A stretch of DNA of 64,000 nt, taken from NCBI GenBank assembly GCA_016178055.1, contig JACOUC010000034.1, positions 20,621-84,620 on the forward strand. The letters are read 5' to 3'. The position numbers and the translations under genes were made by a program. The stretch's first letter is position 1. The number at the start of each line of letters is the position of its first letter. Below are positions 58,660 to 64,000 of the stretch, piece after piece. Source of the DNA: Chlamydiota bacterium. Its GTDB lineage: Bacteria; Auribacterota; JACPWU01. The notes beneath the pieces were generated by a model, which was not told where the DNA came from, made no database searches, and saw nothing but the letters and a program-made list of their open reading frames with translations.

Positions 58660-59678
58660 TCATTTTTGACCTGTCTAAAAGATCCTTTTCGCTCTCCGAT
58701 TAAATCACATAAAATTATCAAAAAAATTGCCATCAAAAGAGGGCCCTGAAATCGTTCTTCATACTGAGTAACAACAGCCTCTCCAAGCTCACCTCTTTCT
58801 AGCCTATTCACCTCTTTAAAAATTTCTTTAATTTCCATTCCCCCTGAGGTTGCACGAAAATATTTCCCTCCTGTTTTTCCAGCAATTTCCTGGAGTATTC
58901 CTTCATTCAGTTTGGTAAGAATGACCTCTCCTTTTAAATTTCGCTTATGCCCCACCCTCTTCCCTGATTCATCAAACACCGGAATAGGCTCTGGGCTAAG
59001 CGCCCCAATTCCAATGGTGTAAATGTGAATGCCCTTGTCGTGGGCTTTTAAAGCAGCTTCTAAAGGCCCCGTTTCCTGATCCTCTCCATCTGTTAAAAGA
59101 ATGATCGCTTTTCCGCTCGATTTTCCTTGATCAAAAAGGGTTAATGCTTGTTTAATCACTTTTCCAATGGCCGTCCCTTGATGACCTATCAACTCTATAT
59201 CTAAAATTTCTAAATAAATTTTTAGAGCCGCAACGTCAAAGGTTAAAGGGCAAAGGGTCGCAACATCTCCAGAAAATGCAATTAAGCCAACACGGTTTCC
59301 CGCCATTTGCTCTAAAAGATCGACTAACTCTTGCTTCGCCTTCTGGAGACGATTCGGTAGAAAATCTTCCGCTAACATACTGGCAGATGTGTCAACTGCA
59401 ATCACTACATCCATCCCTTTTCTTTGAACACGCTCTTCTCCTTTACCTAATAAGGGTCGTGCCAAGGCGATCAAAATCAGCAAAATTGAAAACCATTCCA
59501 GCGTTTTTATCATTTTCCTCCTTTTTGAACTGACACAATCTGTAAGGAGGAGAAGCGTTCTCGATTTTGCAAAACGGCCTAAACACTTTTTCCTACAGGA
59601 TTCATCCCAAAAAAAGAGAACGGCCATGGGAATAAGAATCCACAATAAATATAAAATTTTATAATCCGCAAATTTCAT
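58635..59678 (-). CDS. batB: BatB-like von Willebrand factor A domain membrane protein
   Basis: 347 aa; two N-terminal TMs, VWA MIDAS DVVIAVDTSASM. Confidence 0.75.
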   Translation of the reverse strand: MKFADYKILYLLWILIPMAVLFFWDESCRKKCLGRFAKSRTLLLLTDCVSSKRRKMIKTLEWFSILLILIALARPLLGKGEERVQRKGMDVVIAVDTSASMLAEDFLPNRLQKAKQELVDLLEQMAGNRVGLIAFSGDVATLCPLTFDVAALKIYLEILDIELIGHQGTAIGKVIKQALTLFDQGKSSGKAIILLTDGEDQETGPLEAALKAHDKGIHIYTIGIGALSPEPIPVFDESGKRVGHKRNLKGEVILTKLNEGILQEIAGKTGGKYFRATSGGMEIKEIFKEVNRLERGELGEAVVTQYEERFQGPLLMAIFLIILCDLIGERKGSFRQVKNEWLKRRVA

Positions 59679-59689
59679 TCACATCACCC

Positions 59690-59870
59690 CTCTTTGAGCT
59701 TTGAACCTTCGACTTGATTTCCTTCTTTCTCTTCTAGCTTCCAGCCTCTAGCGTCTAGCTCGCTTTCTGTTTTTGCCTCGAGCTCCTGCCCCGTCGGATG
59801 ACTTGGGGTCGAGCTTCCAGCCTCGAGCAGTCTTTTTTTGAACTTTGAACCATCTCTAAGGCAGCACCCT
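59690..59870. repeat. composite Family C/Family B repeat block between batB and batA
   Basis: ctttgagctttgaaccttcgactt..tctagcttccagcctctagcgtctagctc (28-mer identical to 2009-2036)..cctcgagctcc..ggtcgagcttccagcctcgagc..gaactttgaacc. Confidence 0.6.
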
Positions 59871-60848
59871 CAACCAACTCCGTGCTGATAATCTATCAAC
59901 CAAAAAAATCACTAACGCAGGCCAAAGAAACAATGGAAAGAGCTCTCGATAATTTGTATAAATTTTCGTCTTGCTTTCCGTTTTTTCCATTGTGTTAATC
60001 TTCTCGTAAATCTTCTTAAGAGCCTCTTCAGAAGTGGCCCTAAAATAGAGTCCTCCCGTTCGGTCGGCAATTTTCTTGAGCACTTCCTCATCAATTTCCG
60101 TTTTCATCTGAGCATAAGTTCTTCCCAACATGGGATCATTGATGGGAACAGGAACCAACCCCTCCCTACCAATTCCAATCGTATAAATTTTCACACCCAG
60201 GGCCTTTGCCATTTCAGTTGCCGTCAGGGGATCAATCTTTCCCGCATTATTCACCCCATCGGTTAAAAGAATCATCACCTTGCTTTTTCCTGAAGACCTT
60301 CTCAAACGGTTTAATCCATTGACAATTCCCATACCCATGGCCGTCTTTTCTTCAGGAACAATCCCCACCTTGATTTCATCCACCCGCTTCAGGAGAAAAG
60401 AATCATCCGAAGTCAGCGGACAAAGTGTAAAACTATCCTCGCCAAAAACTAAAACTCCCATTCGATCTCCACGGCGACTTTTAATAAATTCCTTGGCCCT
60501 TTCCTTCGCGACTTCGACACGATTTTTGGGATGAAAATCCTCTGCCAACATACTCCCTGAAACATCAATCGCAAGCATAAGATCAATTCCTTCTGTCGAA
60601 TATTCCTCGTAAGACTCTCCTGATTGAGGTCTTGCAAGCGCCACTATAACGAGTACCACTGCCAACCCTTTCCAAATCAAAGCCCCCTTTACAAGTTTGA
60701 CTTTCCAGTGAGAAAGACCTCCTTGAATTCCTCTCACATCAGAATAGAAAAGAGCCGCCTTTAAATGTTTTCCCCATTTTTTCTGATAGAAATAAAGACA
60801 GGGCAAAATTAAAAATAAGAATAGAAACCACGGGGATTCAAGACGCAT
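59856..60848 (-). CDS. batA: BatA-like von Willebrand factor A domain membrane protein
   Basis: 330 aa; TMs, VWA MIDAS DLMLAIDVSGSM. Confidence 0.75.
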   Translation of the reverse strand: MRLESPWFLFLFLILPCLYFYQKKWGKHLKAALFYSDVRGIQGGLSHWKVKLVKGALIWKGLAVVLVIVALARPQSGESYEEYSTEGIDLMLAIDVSGSMLAEDFHPKNRVEVAKERAKEFIKSRRGDRMGVLVFGEDSFTLCPLTSDDSFLLKRVDEIKVGIVPEEKTAMGMGIVNGLNRLRRSSGKSKVMILLTDGVNNAGKIDPLTATEMAKALGVKIYTIGIGREGLVPVPINDPMLGRTYAQMKTEIDEEVLKKIADRTGGLYFRATSEEALKKIYEKINTMEKTESKTKIYTNYRELFPLFLWPALVIFLVDRLSARSWLRVLP

Positions 60849-61773
60849 GTGAAATTTCCTTTGTCACGTCTACCAGCTCAATCCCCTGCTGAAGCCGTAA
60901 AGTTAGCTCTAACCTATCCGGAATATATTTTGCAAATTTGACAAGATCAGCCTCATTCAAAAGATCTCTGATCTTATTCATGACTTCGCTAGAAAGTTTT
61001 TTAGATTTCAATTCTTTCAAACACTCGAAGGTGGTCATCTCTAAAATATTTAAGAAAAATCTACGACCCAAATAATGGCGCAAAATATCCGACAATTGTG
61101 AATAGACCTCTTTAATCCTTGCTTCTCTAAATGCATCAGAATGAGCAAGTTCCTCCAAACGCTTCAGAGCCTCTTCACTGGGACTTAAAAGGGAGATCGA
61201 TGTCGAAAGAACTTTTAAGGGATGACTTATTTTTTTTCGAATCCAAAAGAAAACACCCACTCCTAAAAACGCAACAATCACGATCGCAAGATAAAGCCAT
61301 AAAAAATGGCGTTCCAAAAGAAGTAAAGGTTTTGCCCCTCGAATGTCCGAATTCTCATCCTTGGGATTCATCAAGCTCTTGACCTCGAGCGAAAGCGCTT
61401 GAGTTTTTAGTTCCTCTTCCGGAGCGCCCTGAGGTATATATTCAATCAAAATGGGTCCCAAATTAAATTTTCCAGTTTGAAAAGGAAGGAAGGTGTAACT
61501 TAAAATTGTCCGAACTCTATCCCCTTTGAGTTTCTTTTCTGAAACATGAAAATCCTTTATTTCAAAAGGTTGCGTGTATTTCTCAATGGCAGGGGGTTTG
61601 ACTTGAGAAGAGATCGGTCGTTCCAACGCTAAGGTTAAATGAATCTCTTCTCCAATGAAAACTTTATTTTTATCCATCAGGGCATCGACATGAACAGTTT
61701 CTTCAGCCCACATGCCTCTTTCCCAACATAAACATAAAAAGAGAATCAAAAGCCATATCCTTTTCCCCCTCAT
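60838..61773 (-). CDS. hypothetical membrane protein (DUF4381-like position in Bat operon)
   Basis: 311 aa; signal peptide, one internal TM (LWLYLAIVIVAFLGVGVFFWI); between DUF58 and batA as in Bacteroides-type Bat operons. Confidence 0.4.
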   Translation of the reverse strand: MRGKRIWLLILFLCLCWERGMWAEETVHVDALMDKNKVFIGEEIHLTLALERPISSQVKPPAIEKYTQPFEIKDFHVSEKKLKGDRVRTILSYTFLPFQTGKFNLGPILIEYIPQGAPEEELKTQALSLEVKSLMNPKDENSDIRGAKPLLLLERHFLWLYLAIVIVAFLGVGVFFWIRKKISHPLKVLSTSISLLSPSEEALKRLEELAHSDAFREARIKEVYSQLSDILRHYLGRRFFLNILEMTTFECLKELKSKKLSSEVMNKIRDLLNEADLVKFAKYIPDRLELTLRLQQGIELVDVTKEISHAS

Positions 61774-61776
61774 AGA

Positions 61777-62679
61777 TCACCTGGCCCTTCTTTCTCTCAT
61801 TTTAAATAATTGATTGAGAGATTTGGCATAAGAGGTCTGCGTCTCGATTCTGGCATGATCCACTCGATTGGATTGAAAAAGTTTTTTAAGAGATTGACTC
61901 CTCTTTTTTTTCTCGTCCTCTATCAAAAGGGAAACAGCCTTTGAATCAGTATTGACAAGACACATCTGGTCTGTCTCACGATCTTCAAGCCTTAAAAGGC
62001 CTATGGATGGTATTTTCTCCTCATGTTGATCAAAAAGCTCTAAAGCAATTAAATCATGTTTTTTAGCTGTAATCCTCAAAGGCTTCTCAAAGGAGGTATC
62101 TAAATAATCCGAAATGAGAAAAACGACTGAACGTTTCGGTAAAACCTTTGCGACATACTCTAAAGCCTTCGCAATATTTGTTTTTTTCCCTTTGGGTTTA
62201 TAGAAAAGAATCTCTCGAATCATCCGCATTCCGTAACGCTTATTCCTTTTAGGCGGAAGATATTTCTCAATCTGATCGGTAAAGATCAGAAGGCCCACAC
62301 GGTCATTATTGCGAATGGCTGAAAAAGCAATGAGTGCCGCAAGCTCGGCGGCCACCTCACTTTTCAAACGATCCCCACTCCCAAAATTCTGAGAACCGCT
62401 CAAATCAACCATCAATAAAACATTCAGCTGACGCTCCTCCATAAACTTTTTAACATAAGGATGCCCCATCCTTGCCGTCACATTCCAATCAATCGATCGA
62501 ATATCGTCTCCAGGGATATATTCTCTCACCTCTGAAAATTCAATCCCCTGTCCTTTAAAAACACTATGATATTCACCCGAAAAAACCTCATTGACCAAAC
62601 GCCGCGTCTTAATTTCTAAGCGCTTAACTTTTTTAAGAATATCGATAGGTTCTGGATTCATCGTTTTCACCATAAACAT
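61777..62679 (-). CDS. DUF58 domain protein (MoxR partner)
   Basis: 300 aa; DIRSIDWNVTAR and VWA-like region. Confidence 0.8.
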   Translation of the reverse strand: MFMVKTMNPEPIDILKKVKRLEIKTRRLVNEVFSGEYHSVFKGQGIEFSEVREYIPGDDIRSIDWNVTARMGHPYVKKFMEERQLNVLLMVDLSGSQNFGSGDRLKSEVAAELAALIAFSAIRNNDRVGLLIFTDQIEKYLPPKRNKRYGMRMIREILFYKPKGKKTNIAKALEYVAKVLPKRSVVFLISDYLDTSFEKPLRITAKKHDLIALELFDQHEEKIPSIGLLRLEDRETDQMCLVNTDSKAVSLLIEDEKKKRSQSLKKLFQSNRVDHARIETQTSYAKSLNQLFKMRERRAR

Positions 62680-62700
62680 TTATTCACTCGCATGAATTAA

Positions 62701-62828
62701 TATCAAAAATCAAAAATCAAACATCAAAATGACAGATCAAAATTCAAAATGGCTCACAAGTTAGGATATAGAGATGATTTTTACATTTTGACTTGTCATT
62801 TTGATTTTTGCATTTTGAATTTTAAATT
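62701..62828. repeat. Family A palindromic element (copy A11) between moxR and DUF58 genes
   Basis: tatcaaaaatcaaaaatcaaacatcaaaatgacagatcaaaattcaaaat .. ttttgacttgtcattttgatttttgcattttgaatttt. Confidence 0.8.
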
Positions 62829-62834
62829 ATCTTT

Positions 62835-63824
62835 TCACGGCACTTCAATTTCTTCAAAAATTTTCTTAATGATACTGTCCGAGGTAATTTCTTCCGATTC
62901 GGCCTCAAAGGTTGTAATGAGCCGATGCCGCAGAACATCAGGCCCAATGGCCTTGATATCATCTGGAGTTACATAACCGCGACCCTTTAAAAAGGCATAG
63001 GCCTTCGCTGCCTGGGTCAAGTAAATGGTTGCTCGGGGCGAGGCACCATAGGCAATTAATTTTTTTAAATCGCCGAGTTTATGTTCTTCAGGTGAGCGTG
63101 TCGCATAAACGATATCCAGAATATAATTTTTAATTTTTTCATCCATATAAATCATGTAAATCACGGACCGCGCTTTCAGAATGTCCTGTGTATTGATGAT
63201 CTCTCCCACAGAAATTTTTTGCCCGGTCGTCATCCTTTCCAGAATCTCTCGCTCCTCTTTTTTACTGGGATAATTAAGCTTGAGTTTCAACATAAATCGA
63301 TCGACCTGAGCTTCAGGAAGCGGATAAGTCCCTTCTTGCTCAATGGGGTTCTGAGTCGCTAAAACGAGAAATGGTTCCTCCAAAGGAAATGTATTTTCAC
63401 CCAAAGTCACCTGCTTTTCCTGCATCGCTTCGAGTAATGCGCTTTGAACCTTGGCTGGAGCCCGATTAATTTCATCGGCCAAAATAAGTTGAGAAAAAAT
63501 GGGACCTTTTTTAGTTATAAATTGACTGTTTTTCGGATCATAAATCAGGGTTCCAAGCAAATCGGCAGGCAAAAGATCTGGCGTAAATTGAATTCTTTGA
63601 AATTTGGCTTGAATGGTTTGGGCAAGGGTCTTAACTGAAAGTGTCTTCGCAAGACCTGGAACTCCTTCAATCAAAACATGCCCATTGGCTAAAAGAGCAA
63701 TCAGAAGCCGTTCAATCAAATAATCCTGTCCCACAATCACCTTACCTACTTCAGCCACAATCTGTTTAACGATCACACCCTCTTGTTGAATCTTCTCATT
63801 GATTTCTTTGATATTAAAATTCAC
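62835..63824 (-). CDS. moxR: MoxR-family AAA+ ATPase
   Basis: 329 aa; GVPGLAKT Walker A, LADEINRA Walker B/sensor. Confidence 0.9.
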   Translation of the reverse strand: MNFNIKEINEKIQQEGVIVKQIVAEVGKVIVGQDYLIERLLIALLANGHVLIEGVPGLAKTLSVKTLAQTIQAKFQRIQFTPDLLPADLLGTLIYDPKNSQFITKKGPIFSQLILADEINRAPAKVQSALLEAMQEKQVTLGENTFPLEEPFLVLATQNPIEQEGTYPLPEAQVDRFMLKLKLNYPSKKEEREILERMTTGQKISVGEIINTQDILKARSVIYMIYMDEKIKNYILDIVYATRSPEEHKLGDLKKLIAYGASPRATIYLTQAAKAYAFLKGRGYVTPDDIKAIGPDVLRHRLITTFEAESEEITSDSIIKKIFEEIEVP

Positions 63825-64000
63825 AGACCCTCCTTCATGATTTTGATGAATAAAATAATCTAAGATTTGAGGTTCATTCTAGTATTTTGAACAAAATTGA
63901 GGGGAAAAATATTTCAACAGGATTGAAATATTGAGGGAATAAAAGGTTATTCTGGGGAAGTCATTCATTAACTGGCAGCTTGGTAATAAATAAATCGTCC

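Noticed and set aside
7645-62828. Family A/B/C repeats as a CRISPR array
   Set aside because: Copies are dispersed singly at gene boundaries, not tandem with regular spacers. Arms are inverted, not direct. No cas genes are present.
63825-64000. Partial gene at right window edge
   Set aside because: No extended open frame on either strand; A/T-rich, likely the moxR promoter region.

Overview
This 64 kb window is a gene-dense, low-GC (about 40%) bacterial chromosomal segment. Three tandem prepilin-like genes with H-X9-DG (DUF1559) C-terminal domains suggest a PVC-superphylum or Omnitrophota-like lineage; this is inference only.

Most content is housekeeping, much of it on the minus strand:
- a siroheme/heme precursor operon (sirC-like, hemX-like, hemA, hemC, cobA-hemD fusion), interrupted by a Fic/nucleotidyltransferase insertion and followed by a hemB 5' remnant;
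- central metabolism and cell envelope genes (icd, aspartate aminotransferase, pfk, glmS, nagA, pgsA, lnt);
- translation and RNA modification genes (gltX, prfB with its +1 frameshift, rlmD, rlmN, der, tRNA-Asp);
- secA;
- an ExeA-like ATPase/secretin cluster;
- a complete Bat (aerotolerance-type) operon (moxR, DUF58, batA-E).

The most unusual property is a dense set of short palindromic low-complexity repeat families. Family A ('AAATCAAAAATCAAAATGACA' arms) has about 8 full and 3 half copies. Further families are built from other short 'words'. They sit at gene boundaries, and several donate stop codons and short C-terminal tails (..QKSK*) to flanking genes. No CRISPR array or rRNA is present.

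Accessory patches include:
- a class II Fic plus minimal nucleotidyltransferase island inside the heme operon;
- an internally deleted IS3-family remnant;
- MazEF and VapBC-like toxin-antitoxin pairs;
- a DUF234 AAA ATPase island;
- an orphan AmmeMemoRadiSam radical SAM enzyme;
- a tandem NDK-like protein;
- an unannotated DUF5679-like mini zinc-ribbon ORF.
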